Shown piece after piece: positions 38,360 through 50,130 of a stretch of 64,000 nucleotides of DNA. The stretch comes from Tubiluchus corallicola (lineage: Eukaryota > Animalia > Priapulida). The notes under the pieces are model-generated. The model was not told where the DNA came from. It made no database searches and saw only the letters and a program-made list of their open reading frames with translations. Position numbers and translations under genes: made by a program. The stretch is from positions 620,001 to 684,000 of the forward strand of contig JAQGDQ010000039.1 in the NCBI GenBank assembly GCA_030141605.1. Reading direction: 5' to 3'. How positions within the stretch are numbered: position 1 is the first letter of the stretch; each line of letters starts with the position of its first letter.

Positions 38360-38690
38360 AAATATCTTGTACCTCCTCTGGGACTCCAACCCAAGACCTT
38401 TTGTTCTCTGTTCAGCTATGCTAACCCAAAATACACACAGCACTGTCCAACAGAGCCATCGACTTTTCAGACATGTATATTTATTCTATAAGTTACACTA
38501 AAAGTTTCATCAATTAGGAATCATAGAATTCATAAACCCCACAGTGTCACTGTAGACCATACAATGAGTGTGAAGACACAATGAGAGGCCGGTCCAATAA
38601 TCGCATGAAAGCAATACTACATTGGAAAACATTTTTAAGCACCTTCACTAGGACTCGAACCCAAGATATTCTCTTCCCGTGCAGCTCCTT
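38360..38690 (-). mobile_element. Two tRNA-derived B-box fragments of the family seen at 15520
   Basis: Minus strand has AAGGTCTTGGGTTGGAGTCCCAG (~38379-38401) and TCTTGGGTTCGAGTCCTAG (~38648-38666), versus AAGGTCTTGGGTTCGAGTCCCAG at 15518-15540. Confidence 0.55.
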
Positions 38691-38884
38691 AAGAATAGGG
38701 TGTGTTTCAGCGTGAAATGATCTCATTAATTCATTCACGACCCATTAAATCAACATAAAACAACCTTACGAAATAAGCAATGAAGAATTGGACGAGGTAG
38801 ATTAAATGGTATAATTGATAAGGCGAAGGTTCAAGATTCAACACCCGGATATGGGTAAACTAAATCTTTGCCTTCTGAGGTTGA

Positions 38885-39111
38885 TAATAATATAATAGTT
38901 TCGTTTTGGACATAGTCCATAAATAACACGTTAAGTACCATAGTACCTATTTCCAAGGTGGTACCGTTTATCATTACCCGCACGTTACCTCGATGTGCTT
39001 GGTCGAAGAACCGGTGGTACCATTTTTGAAGTTTTTGGTATGACTAGGTCGGGAGTTGAACCTCAACCTGCCGAATGAGAAGCGATCACGCTACCATTAA
39101 GCTACGCCACC
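38885..39111 (-). mobile_element. Full-length tRNA-derived SINE (MetaSINE-like)
   Basis: GGTGGCGTAGCTTAATGGTAGCG (A box), GGTTCAACTCC (B box), GTCATACCAAAAACTTCAAAAATGGTACC (Meta-like core), tail ...CCAAACGAAACTATTATATTATT. Same family as 42204-42810. Confidence 0.85.
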
Positions 39112-40808
39112 TGGTGCAATCTTTGATGATCATCACCAGGGAGTAATACAAGCTTCATCTTAATTACTACCCAAGTTATTTGAAACTATTTCATGGTGAA
39201 ATCGACAAAAACCATTAGGCCTACGTTCGGCACATTGCTTCAAAGCAAAGGCGATTCATTAAATGGCATGTCATTGATACGAAAGAAATGAAGCAGCTCG
39301 CCACTAGCATTTCTACTTCCTGAACGCTCGCCATTATCAGCATCGTTAAAACAGGTTTCCACGTCACCATATAAATGACAAAGGACGTAATAATGTTGAG
39401 CAATTGAGCGAATTTATCCAAGCAAGACGTGTAATTTTCATAAAAATGTGCCTTTACATGATACTAACGAAGTTACTATGAAAAAAGGCGACACGATTTG
39501 CATACATAAGAATCAGCCAACTGAATACCAGTAATTTGACTGCATGAATGCAAAAAACTCGCACAATATACTCCACCATTACAATTCTCTCTCTTTGTTC
39601 GCACTACCGCCCCATGCGGCGGCGAATAAAGCCGCATTAAATTGGAAGAGAAAGAGTTGAGAATAAGTTATAAAAACCGCATTTCGCGTGGCTTCTTTCC
39701 AGTCTATTACTTGGCTTGGGGAGATCTTAATCGAGGAGGTAATGTAAATGCAATCTGTAATCGATGCCATCAACTCTTTACTTCGCCGCAGGGATCCAAT
39801 CCTCGCACGGACAAGTCGGGGAAACAGTAAATGAAGAAACCATCTGCAATCATGATCTGAAGTAGTAAACCAATAATATAGATTTATTAATTCATCCATT
39901 TAGCACAATACAACAAAATACAAGTTATAGAATTACAATTACAATACACTGCAGTGCTATGAGCGTAGCAGAAGAAATAACTTATAAGCTAAGCCCAACA
40001 TGAATAAGACTTAATTATGACATAAACAACAAAAAATACGTTAAATGGAACAAAGCAAATGGGTGTGAGAAGACGATAATGACGATGTTGATGATGGTGA
40101 TCATAATGACAACGTGGTGATATTAATGCTGATGACAATGGTGGTGATATGACAGTGATAATGAATTGATGATAACGATGATGATGTGTCAGGATCGATG
40201 ATCTAAACCAAGTTAGCCATTTTTGCTGTGTTATGGAAACAGTATTAAAATATTGAACTATATAAAAATATAATGGTGTTATTCTTAATTACAGAAATTA
40301 ATTAATTAAGATAGTTGTTCAACTCTGATGCTCAACGATTCTGTGGCTGATCTTTGCTGCTTTAATTAAGTAATTATCTAATTAACTGACATCGGTCTAT
40401 TACATAAAATGCAGGGTCATAAAATATTTAACCCAACCCTATCTATTTTAGACATTTATGAGCGTGGTAAATTCAACTACGTCCGTTTTACGTTGTGTAC
40501 ATTTATGTTGTTTTTCGTAAGTCCAAATAACGGTAAAATTCAATTCAGTAATTAAATTTTACATGTAATCATTATAAAAATATACATATGTTCATAAAAA
40601 TAACAAAAATTTAAAAAAATATAGGCATACGAAGAAAAGTGAATTTGTTGTTTTGTGTTGTTTTGGTTTTTTGTTACTGTTCCTGTTACTGCTGCTATAC
40701 ACACATGAAGTCGTAAAACTATAGGCAAGAGAAACACATGTAATTTGGTGAATTCAGTAAAAAGAAAAGGTGAATGAAAAAACCAAGCGTAATTTAAGCA
40801 CAGTATAT

Positions 40809-40920
40809 TAATGTAATGTAATGCAGTGTAATGTAGTGTAATGTAATGTAATGTAATGTAATGCTATTGTAATGTAATGTGTTGTAATGTAACGTAAGGT
40901 AATGTTACATTAATGTAATG
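40809..40920. repeat. (TGTAA)n pentanucleotide repeat
   Basis: Direct reading. Confidence 0.9.
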
Positions 40921-41199
40921 AGCAGTTAATAACTGTGACGATAATTACCAAATGCCAGTATTAAATTTAATGATTGTAAATTTTAAGAATGAAATCTAAA
41001 ATTAATATTAGCGAGATACGAGTACTGACAGTTTTAACTGCGGACACGTGAATTATTACAAGTAAAAAAATAATAAATTTTAAGCAGGACCAAATGAAAA
41101 AAGGAAAAACTTGCAGGATATGGTAAACGAAAAATAATCTATTGTTGTCAGTTAGTTTTACTGAAAATAAACTTCACAAATTACCATAAATGCTTTGAG

Positions 41200-41560
41200 C
41201 TTACCTGTTGTTTTAGTTAATAGTGTAAGATTTCCATTGAATACTATAATTCTAATGCTTCTCTTTGAATGTAGATTACCAGAATTTTTAATATAAGGCT
41301 ATGCTCTTCAGAATAAATTTGATGAAAAATGTAAATGCAATTCTAAAACTCGTTGTGTACTAAATTTTGTAATATAACATAACATACTGTAATATGATTG
41401 TAATATTAAACTATTGTAAATACCGTTGGTTAATATTATTATTATTGCGTTGCATGACGATTACACAATATGTGTGGGATTCTGTGTATTTTTTTGCATT
41501 GTAATGTACTGTACTGTATATATGTAATGTGGTGTGGTAAATCGTCAATAAATTATGAGT
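41200..41560 (+). mobile_element. Degenerate LINE 3' end
   Basis: Frame LMLLFECRLPEFLI*GYALQNKFDEKCKCNSK resembles an ORF2 extreme C-terminus; TGTA-rich UTR ends GTCAATAAA. Confidence 0.35.
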
Positions 41561-41756
41561 ATGAACATTTTGATTATAAAAAAATCAGAATTCCCTAAAA
41601 TGGTTAATACTGACATTACTGATTCAAGTAATTGCGTGCGTTGCCAAGGAAAGCACAGATTAACTCTGATGGAAGAAAAGCTCACAAAAGTTACTTATCT
41701 GCGGTGTAATCCATTGAGTTCAAATTGCTTTTGCATGTCTGCATCTAGCATAAACA

Positions 41757-42196
41757 GTGACCGGAAATAAAGTCACAGGAAAAAAAAATCACAGAAATGT
41801 CACAGTTTTAGCTAGGAAAATCACAATTAATTTATGGTGGCCGAAAAAAGTCAGCTAACCAAACAAAAATATTCAACTAAATTACATTTTATTTAGGTAC
41901 CAAAAAAATTAAGGTAATAAAGCAGAAAATATTTTAAATCAGTTATTAACTGACAATACATGGTTTGCATGTATTTACAACAGTATTTGTATATGATACC
42001 ATTACACGTATACAAAAAAAATCACGTTTTCTTCAATATCTTAGGGTTACGGTTAGGGTTAGGATTATATCTTTTTTGCTGTGACTTTTTCCTGAGACTT
42101 TTTTCCTAGACTTTTTCCCCGTGACTTTTTTCCTGTGACTTTTTTCTGTAACTTTTTCACCCGTGGTTTTTTTACCTACGACTTTTTACCTGGATT
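41757..42196. mobile_element. MITE/foldback-type element with subterminal (GTGACTTTTTCC)n repeats and internal TTAGGG
   Basis: Left end carries GGAAATAAAGTCACAGGAAAAAAAAATCACAG units. Right end carries about 8 inverted GTGACTTTTT(T)CC units. TTAGGGTTACGGTTAGGGTTAGG at 42041-42063. Confidence 0.7.
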
Positions 42197-42203
42197 TGTA
42201 CGG

Positions 42204-42810
42204 GGTGGCGTAGCTCAAAGGTAGCGTGCTCGTTTCTCACCCGCGAGGTCGCGGGTTCAACTCCCGGCTGAGTCACCAAAGACTTCAAAAATTGTACCGT
42301 TGGTTCTTCGACCAAGCAAGTGGGTTTATCGAAGTAACAGGCTGGTAATAATAATCAGCACCACCTTGGAAATAACTATTGAGTTACTTAGGGTGTTATC
42401 CCATAGCGTGCTTGCTTCTCACTCGCGAGGTCGCGGGTTCAACTCACGGTTGAGTCACCAAACACTTAAAAAATGATATCGTTGGTTCTTCGACCAAGCA
42501 AGTGGGTTTATCGAAGTAACATGCTGGTAATAATAATCGGTACCACCTTGGAAATAACTATTGAGTTACTTAAGGTGTTATCCCATAGCGTACTTGCTTC
42601 TCACTCGCGAGGTCGCGGGTTCAACTCCCGGTTGAGTCACCAAACACTTAAAAAATGATATCGTTGGTTCTTCGACCAAGCAAGTGGGTTTATCGAAGTA
42701 ACATGCTGGTAATAATAATCGGTACCACCTTGGAAATAAGTATTGAGTTACTTAAGGTGTTTTCCCTGGACATATTGGACTACGTCCTAAACGAAATAAT
42801 TGTTACTATT
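42204..42810 (+). mobile_element. Tandem array of three MetaSINE-like units (182-bp period)
   Basis: TAGCGT.CT unit starts at 42222, 42404 and 42586. Only unit 1 has the 5' GGTGGCGTAGCTCAAAGG and only unit 3 has the native 3' tail. Confidence 0.9.
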
Positions 42811-42966
42811 AACAAACAAGTCGAGCACACCCGTAATAGGTGGCGTTTCAACTATTTCGGTTATTTATATTCATATTAGCAAAGACTGCTTTTGCCCGCA
42901 AACACATTTTATTCAAAGGTGGTCAGAAAAGATTAGGCTACGTATAAGTCTAATAAGAACAAGCTA

Positions 42967-43048
42967 GGAGTTCATAATTATCCACGCAATTTAAATACAC
43001 TAACCCTAACCCTAATCCGCTTTCCGTGTGTAGGGGATTGTAAACTTT
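42967..43048 (-). mobile_element. TTAGGG-carrying mini-TIR element, copy C
   Basis: GGAGTTCATAATTATCCAC ... GTAGGGGATTGTAAACTT inverted ends; internal TTTAAATACACTAACCCTAACCCTAATC is the reverse orientation of the other copies. Confidence 0.75.
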
Positions 43049-43088
43049 AGCCTGAAACAATAACGCTATCGACGTCACAAACATAGTC

Positions 43089-43232
43089 GTGAAATTCACG
43101 TTTTGGACGATTCGGCTGTCCTAGTAGGCAGTTTAAAGCAGATCGGTTCTGTTTTTGTTTGCATGGCCCAATTTTACTGAGAATGACGGCTAGGACAACC
43201 GAAACGTCCAAAATAAATTATCACATTCACGT
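43089..43232. mobile_element. Inverted pair of Penelope-like pLTR fragments with hammerhead-like motif
   Basis: TTTTGGACGATTCGGCTGTCCTAG (43101-43124) is the inverted copy of CTAGGACAACCGAAACGTCCAAAA (43190-43213). The right copy reads ATGAC-GGCT-AGGAC-AACC-GAAACGTC followed by AATAAA. Confidence 0.55.
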
Positions 43233-44819
43233 TTAGTACGACGTTATTTGTCATTGACTCTTATTTTCATTGGATTACGAATTAGCAAAAACATTTTCAA
43301 ACACCCCGTGAAGCCAATTAACACGGTCATGAAAAGATGCCTTTGTTCCGTGGCTTCATTACCCAGCACTTCCTGATTAAGCATAATAGGAAACTCCCAT
43401 ATACACAGGAACTAAAAAACGTATAGACTATAATGAAAAGCAATATAAGGTTGACAGTGACGTGGATCGTTATTGCCAAGAACCCCCTGGAGATTTATAG
43501 ACATAAAATGGGAAAGAACACGCACAGTCAGTTCTATATCCTATTTGAAACTCTCACATAAACCCAAAGAGGAAGGGCACAATCGTTCCTGCTAGTCACG
43601 ATTACAAAAAAAATCACTGTTTTAAACAACTGAATTGAGATTTATAATTAGCATTAGAGGCTGAGTAGAGGAAAATCTTCTTGCATATTCGCAGGACAAT
43701 TCGTAAGCTGTTAGATTTAAGAAACATCACACATTGGCCAAAATGACAAAAGAAGCCCCAATATATTTCTACCAATATGCACCATTTTCAAGTTACATTT
43801 ATAAATCTAAAATTTAGACCTCGAAATTGAAGTCTCGACCACTGGAGACACGATTTTCAAGAAGAGAATTCAAAGCACGGCACTTGTTTATTTTACACCG
43901 TCTTTGAAAAAATAACTACAGTATAGAATTCAAAGTCGTTTAAAACGTCATTGTCCTAAACACACTAACGGTAATAATGAACTTTTTAAAAATAATGATG
44001 ACATATATGCTGACTGTATTCAAAGCGTGAGAACAAAAAAATGCCAAAATGCTAATACACCACAAACAGTTTAGTCGTGCACTCATCCCATAAAAATTAG
44101 AAACAAACCACTGAATACCAGCTACAAATGAAAGTGGTATTTAGCAAAAACTCTAGAACTAAACCACTGAATATTAGCGAAAATGTCAAACCATTTAAAA
44201 CCAAATGGCAAAGCTCCATGGCGTTCATTTTATAGTGAAAAAAAACCTGAGCTTTCGTAACTATCAATTATATGAAATCCGGTACGTGCGTAGAAACTAA
44301 CCTTAATTGAGGGGCAGTTCTTCAAGGAAATTTAAACACGTACAACTACCCTAACATTGTTAGAACTGCGCGTCTGCAGGACCAATATGACGTCAAACAG
44401 GTGAAATGATTGACCACATTTGCATTAACAGAATTAGATGTCTCAGCTCTGAAAACATCCAAAAACTGCGACAATAGTCACATCCCCTCCCCTCTCTGGA
44501 TTCTCTCCCCGTGAATGAGCTCATTTGCGAGTTTAGAGTTACAATCGTACTCCTAGAGATTAGAGATAAGCTTCTTATGAACATGTTATCATCTGCTTAC
44601 GATGGAAGCCATTTTATGACCATAATAATGTAACTTCGTTGTCTCTGCAAAAAGCATGGGCAAGTATAGTTTATTTATATCCGTCAGTGAACGCTAAAAA
44701 GCAGGTGACAAACATATTAATAATTATGGTAGTTTTACACAGAAAGATAAGAAGACACGTGCTTTATGATCATAGGCACCTCCGTTAATGGAGGAAATGC
44801 TAAAAGCATTCTTCTTTTA

Positions 44820-45110
44820 TATCTGACGGAAATTCCACATTAAAACGCAAGAGAAAGAGAGAGAAACGTAAAAGAAGTACATCTCAAAAAGGGCTCTGCG
44901 TATAACTTGGTAAGTTCTAATTTGATAAGTAATGTGTAAGACGAAAGAAACAAGATAAGGACAGAAAGCAAACAAGAAAGGAGAAAGTGGGGAAAACACA
45001 AACAAGGAAAAGAAAAAGGGCAGACGCGAAGGTAGAAATGGAAAAGGAGCATAAAGGAAAGCAGCAAAAGGAACAATAAAACAAAGCAACGAAACAGAAG
45101 TGAAAGGCAA
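44820..45110. repeat. Purine-rich low-complexity tract
   Basis: Direct reading; explains the three overlapping F/C/L-rich minus ORFs. Confidence 0.75.
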
Positions 45111-45859
45111 AATTGCGATAGTCTCGTATTGCACGACAAAACATGAAATACTGTAGTCGCCATACAATATTTCTTTGGAACCACGTGTTCAAATAATAAT
45201 ATTAATAGAAAAATTAGGGTTCTCAGTTTCTCTTTTGAGTCTTGACTTGGAGAAACATTTGCTTTTTAACTAGTGTAGCCGCTGCTTCAGCTCCCAGTTT
45301 CCAGGGTCGGCACTGAAATATTCAAATAATTTACCCGTCCATATGGAGAGCATAAACCGAAAGAGACTTGGAGCTACGAAATTTGTCCGGTGAAAACTAT
45401 TAAATTTAATCACACCGTTGAAGGATTAGCTGCAGACAGGCTGAGAATGGTGTTGATAGTTGAGGCTTCGGTATAATCCTGCCATGTGCCTTTCCATTAT
45501 CAGCTCTGAGTCCAATTTGTTGGTAGTCAAAATATCCTTTGTTCAGCTTTACGAGCAGAAGAGTGGTACGAAAATAGAGAAGTTAGAAAACTATTATGTC
45601 TCTTGATAACTTGTTGCGTTAGTCTACCGATTTTTTTAGAATAAACACTGGCCTTTTCTTATCGGATACACATGTTAGCATTATTGTTGTTGACTGATGT
45701 TTTGGAAATTTTAAATTAAGATGACCTTTAAAACTAAAAAGAATATATTAATCATGAAAGGCTATTTAAAATATAGTAAGCACACTTAAAACGTCCATTT
45801 ATCAGGCCATACAAACATTGAGCATCCACTTTGGTAATGTTAAATAAGGCTAATTTCCT

Positions 45860-45991
45860 CTGTCAATTCCTTCCTTCCTTCATTCGTTTAATCAGTTGTC
45901 CATTCATTCAGGTGCTCACTAATTCCTTCATTGATTTATTCCTTCATGCGTTCGTTCGTTCGTTCGTCCGTCCCTCCATTCATTCATTCAT

Positions 45992-46027
<36 letters not shown>

Positions 46028-46040
46028 TCATTCATTCAGT
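45860..46040. repeat. Degenerate tetranucleotide array (TTCC/TTCG/TTCA/TTTC)
   Basis: Direct reading. Confidence 0.85.
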
Positions 46041-47811
46041 CAAAAATCCAGTAATTTAAAAGACAGACATTAAAAATGACATTGAAAGTACTGAATTCGG
46101 TCCACACGATCAGTTTTCACTCAGTTACTTTGCACAACTATTTGTTGAAAGGGTGTTCTCTACTTCGTTTCTGAAATAGCCCAAAAGCGGCTTATGTGAA
46201 AACGAACTTTGTTTTAGCATGTACGGCAAAGGAAAAGCGAAATTAAAGAAACTTCAGCAGAGAAAAGAAACAAGAAGTTATTGTCAAACATTCCGAGAAA
46301 AAAAGCAAAAGCGCAAATGAACTTCTAAACTATATTTGGATAACACCAAGTATGTTCGATTACTGGACAAATTTTCATCTCTAAATAATGCAAAATGAGT
46401 AGGCTGTCAAGGCACCATAATTAGTAACTCACAGTACGAACGCAAGTTCCTATACTTTTCCCTGCACAACTCTATAAAACTTACGTAAAGTCACTTACGG
46501 AAATTTCTGCTCTCATGCACTTACAAAATGTTAATAATTCGTTGTCTTCAATGACAGTGCGATGTTTAAGCACCCACTGGGCTCTTCTAGATGACGCTGA
46601 GTCATCAGCGCGCATTATTATTAACTGTTTATTCCGAGCACGACGACCCACACGGACGAAAATCAAGACCAGCTTCGTATCCTCAATCTTGAATGACATT
46701 CAAATTTTACTATCATTCTCGGCGTCCACACATTCCTTCAGCACTGACAATGACAATATTTTGAATTACCGTGTGAGCGGCCTATAACAATCATTCTTCA
46801 GATTCGTTTTATTTTTTCCCATAGTAGTATGCGTTCGAATTACAGTAAGAGTCGTCGGGTTTTAATTTTTAATTTGCTTGCCAACGTAAAACTAAAAAAA
46901 CGAACAGCATAAGTGTAGCCCATTTATACAGTATACCTGTAACAGCAGAAGTAAAAGATCTACCCAGTAACTGTACATATTCATTCACTCACTCGCTCGC
47001 CCCCTCCGTTCCCTCAACCTTCTTCCTACACACTCTTTCACTCTGTCATTCAGACCTCTTTTCCAAGCACGCAAGCAAGCACTGAATTTAGAAAAGATTG
47101 TACGATGATAAAAATACAGACATCTAAAACATAGGCCAACAAGGACCCGAATCTCCACAGGTGACATCGAAAGAACCCAACAATATCGATAAGTGCGTTA
47201 ATAGGGGCTGCGTTTCTTCCTCGCATAAAAATGGAAAAACCGAGGATTTCAACTTTCCTAGGATGATGATCTTACCAATCTTGTGCAGGACGTGATTACT
47301 AAACCAGAGTGACAGAAAAAACAAATCCCACCACACAAACACCGAGTTATATTCCCAGTGTTGCCAAGTTTCAAAAATCCGCCCAGTGTTGCCAAGTTTA
47401 AATAATCCTCAAGGAACATAAATAGAGTTGAGGCAAAAGTTGACACAAGAACAAGACGAGCTGTGTAAACACTTTATATAATTTTCGTGATTCTTCCACG
47501 TTTTTCAACTTGAGGGCAAAGCCTTGTTCACAAAGTAAATTTTGTTTTGAGTCAGCTTGGATAACACAGTTTTGATATTGTAAAGAGTTAATGCAAACTG
47601 TTTAGCGGCCCCAAGGTATACAGTGTTTGTACCTGTCCAGTGCATGCTGCCATGCTCTGCTACTTAGTAGGGGTGTCCGGGTGAGGGCGTTTCGCGTGGA
47701 AGCGACTTGACGACTACAAATAATCAAAAAATTAACTGCCGTTTAACAACTGTGAACTGCTACGACACACATATGTGATCTAAAATGTACTGCAATGTTT
47801 TATACAACATG

Positions 47812-48915
47812 GGAGATAGATATAGATACATACACTCTTTTATTTCGTCAATGTAATCATAAGCACTACCGACCTACATAAAAGATAAATAAACTGCAAA
47901 CTACAGAATGCTGTGCTCACAGTTATACGCACACTACAAGCCGGCAACCGCCAACCAACTTACCACGTTAAAGTTTATGTTATTACGTTAATGGCTGCTG
48001 GCCTTGTAGCAGGGCCGGCAACCTACTTTGTCCTGTGGCAGGACCAGCAATCTAGTTAATATTAAGGATAATTCTTTGAGAAAAATACTGAACTGGCACA
48101 GCTGTCTTATATGGATATGTGGACATGTACGGATATATCGATATTCGGACATGTCGGATATTCCCTCATTAGTATAGTACCCAATTAGTACTAGAAAACA
48201 CACATATGTAGAATTATAATACATACATCTACAAAATTAGTGATCTCTATCACTATAATAACTCAGTAAAAGAAAATTTTAAATAAATTTTGATAAAAAC
48301 GCGAATGCCCCCAAAAGAGTGCACTGAAAACTACACTAATAATAACATAATTGAGACAAGGTCTCAAAGTAAACAGATAGACTTGCAAGTTTACAATATA
48401 TGCCCAGTTAGTAGGATAAGTCTTAGCTCTTAGCGAGGATTTTATACTTGTGAGGGTATAGTCATGCAAATTCCTAGTAGGCGTGTCCAACTACGGCCGA
48501 GTCTGAAATAAGACAACTAAAATGTAAAATCTGCAGTTGCAGAAACTTTCATTTTTCACTTGTTTTATGAATAATGCTGAAATATTCATACATTCTATTT
48601 TTACAATACCTACATGTATCATATGTGTATCACTTTCACATATAGAGTTTTCCTTTTTCTCATATTTCGAGGGTTTTTCTGTTCTGTACGCCACTAGTAT
48701 TTACTTGCATCAGTAAATCTTAACAAATCCCCTTCAAACTGCCCAAAAGTAAACCAAGTGTAAGTAAACAGAATGAAGATACAAGCGTGTAGCAGACACA
48801 ACCCGGACCTTGGCTCCATATAAGTGGAATTTAGTGTCAGGCTGTAAGCACCTTTAAGTTTAAATAAGTCAAATATAAATCTATATAATAGAGCGTGTGA
48901 ACGAAGGCTGGACAA
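47812..48915 (-). mobile_element. Degenerate LINE 3' end with (TATCTA)-type tail
   Basis: Minus strand ends GAAATAAAAGAGTGTATGTATCTATATCTATCT. Consecutive broken ORFs 48915-48263 include KENSICESDTHM, resembling an eroded Zn-knuckle. Confidence 0.4.
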
Positions 48916-49295
48916 ATGTATTTCATCTGTCTACAGGGTTATCCAGAAAAAACATTCTACCAACGTAGCTTGATGATGGCAAAGGCATTTGTAAAACACC
49001 CACTCAATCAGCATGTAGCCCAGTTACTCCTCTTTCCATAGAGTTACACACTTTCCTCCAAAAACCCCCACCACGCACCACTAGGATTTTTTACACGTGT
49101 GCTCCTCTAGGAAAGGCGGGTGAAGCCCCAAATGGCTACTTTATGCTGATTGTCAGAACACCAGTAAAAAGTTTTAGACCCGTTTTAAATGTGCTCTGAA
49201 AAAGTTTGTGTACTTGTTATTTATAGATGTTATTGCTGTTGTTATTTACTGCTATTATAACTTTGTATAATTGCTAGAATATGGCAATAAGCTTT

Positions 49296-49455
49296 ACGAC
49301 TACGATAACGACTATGACTACGACTACTATGACTACTATATAATGCGTTGACTACTACTACTGCTAGCTGCCACTACAACTGCTAGCTGCCACTACAACA
49401 ACTACTACTACCGCTACCGCCACCTCTACCACTACCACTACCACTACAACTACTT
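49296..49455. repeat. (ACT/ACG/ACC)n trinucleotide array
   Basis: Direct reading. Confidence 0.85.
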
Positions 49456-49796
49456 CTATTAATAGAAAAAACATGCTAGAGGCACTTGGTGGTGGTCGTT
49501 TGGGAAGAGAAGAAAAGCCAGGTTAAATGAAGATGTGCACCAAGACGAAGTGTACGAGTTAGTGTGGAGGACGTTTTTTGTGGACGATCCCGTAGATAAA
49601 TCGGCGCAATAGCTGCCGCCTGCCTTCAAGAACGCAAACTATTGATTACACAATCCACATGGAAAAAGTAGTAATGCAACATAAACAGTATTTGTATAAA
49701 CTAAAAGTTATGTGCTACAAAATTAAGACACTTTTTCCAAAGTAAATATTGCTGCATTACCTCATCCAATATTGACAACAGCTTAACAAGCAACGA

Positions 49797-49895
49797 CTTG
49801 TTGCTGTTGTTGGTGTTGGTGTTGGCGTGGGCGATGGCGTTGTCGTCGTCGTCGTCGTCGTCGTCGTCGTTGTCGATGTCGTTGTTGTTGTTGTC
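49797..49895. repeat. (GTT/GTC)n trinucleotide array
   Basis: Direct reading. Confidence 0.85.
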
Positions 49896-49974
49896 GCATT
49901 AATCAACCGATGTTTTTAGAATGAACACTGGAATGTCTTATGTCTGTATTATATTTTAGAATGTCTTATTGCAT

Positions 49975-50130
49975 ACATATAGTTGTATAATTGCAGTTGA
50001 CTGTTTATTTTTGTAAATTTTAAAAACTATGTAAAATATAGTAAACACATTAAAACGTCCATACATGTTTCAGCTGTAATCATCAGTGAAATGAAGAACT
50101 AAAACAACAAAGACACACATACAAGGCAGG
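49975..50130 (-). mobile_element. Penelope-like pLTR with minimal hammerhead relic (50058-50090)
   Basis: Minus strand reads TTCA-CTGATGA-TTACAGCT-GAAAC-AT-GTA-TGGA, then GACGTTTTAATGTG...AATAAACAGTCAAC. A second partial copy of this 3' part lies at ~45690-45800 (minus). Confidence 0.65.

Noticed and set aside
42204-42810. CRISPR-like or tRNA-gene array
   Set aside because: Eukaryotic context, no unique spacers; the units are SINE bodies without a proper acceptor stem.
46481-46787. Overlapping antisense ORFs with GTAAGT donor-like sites on the minus strand
   Set aside because: The frames I checked from the nearest acceptors hit stop codons, and no recognisable domain.
49296-49895. Roughly complementary microsatellites forming a large fold-back
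   Set aside because: Complementarity is only that expected of simple repeats; no unique-sequence arms.
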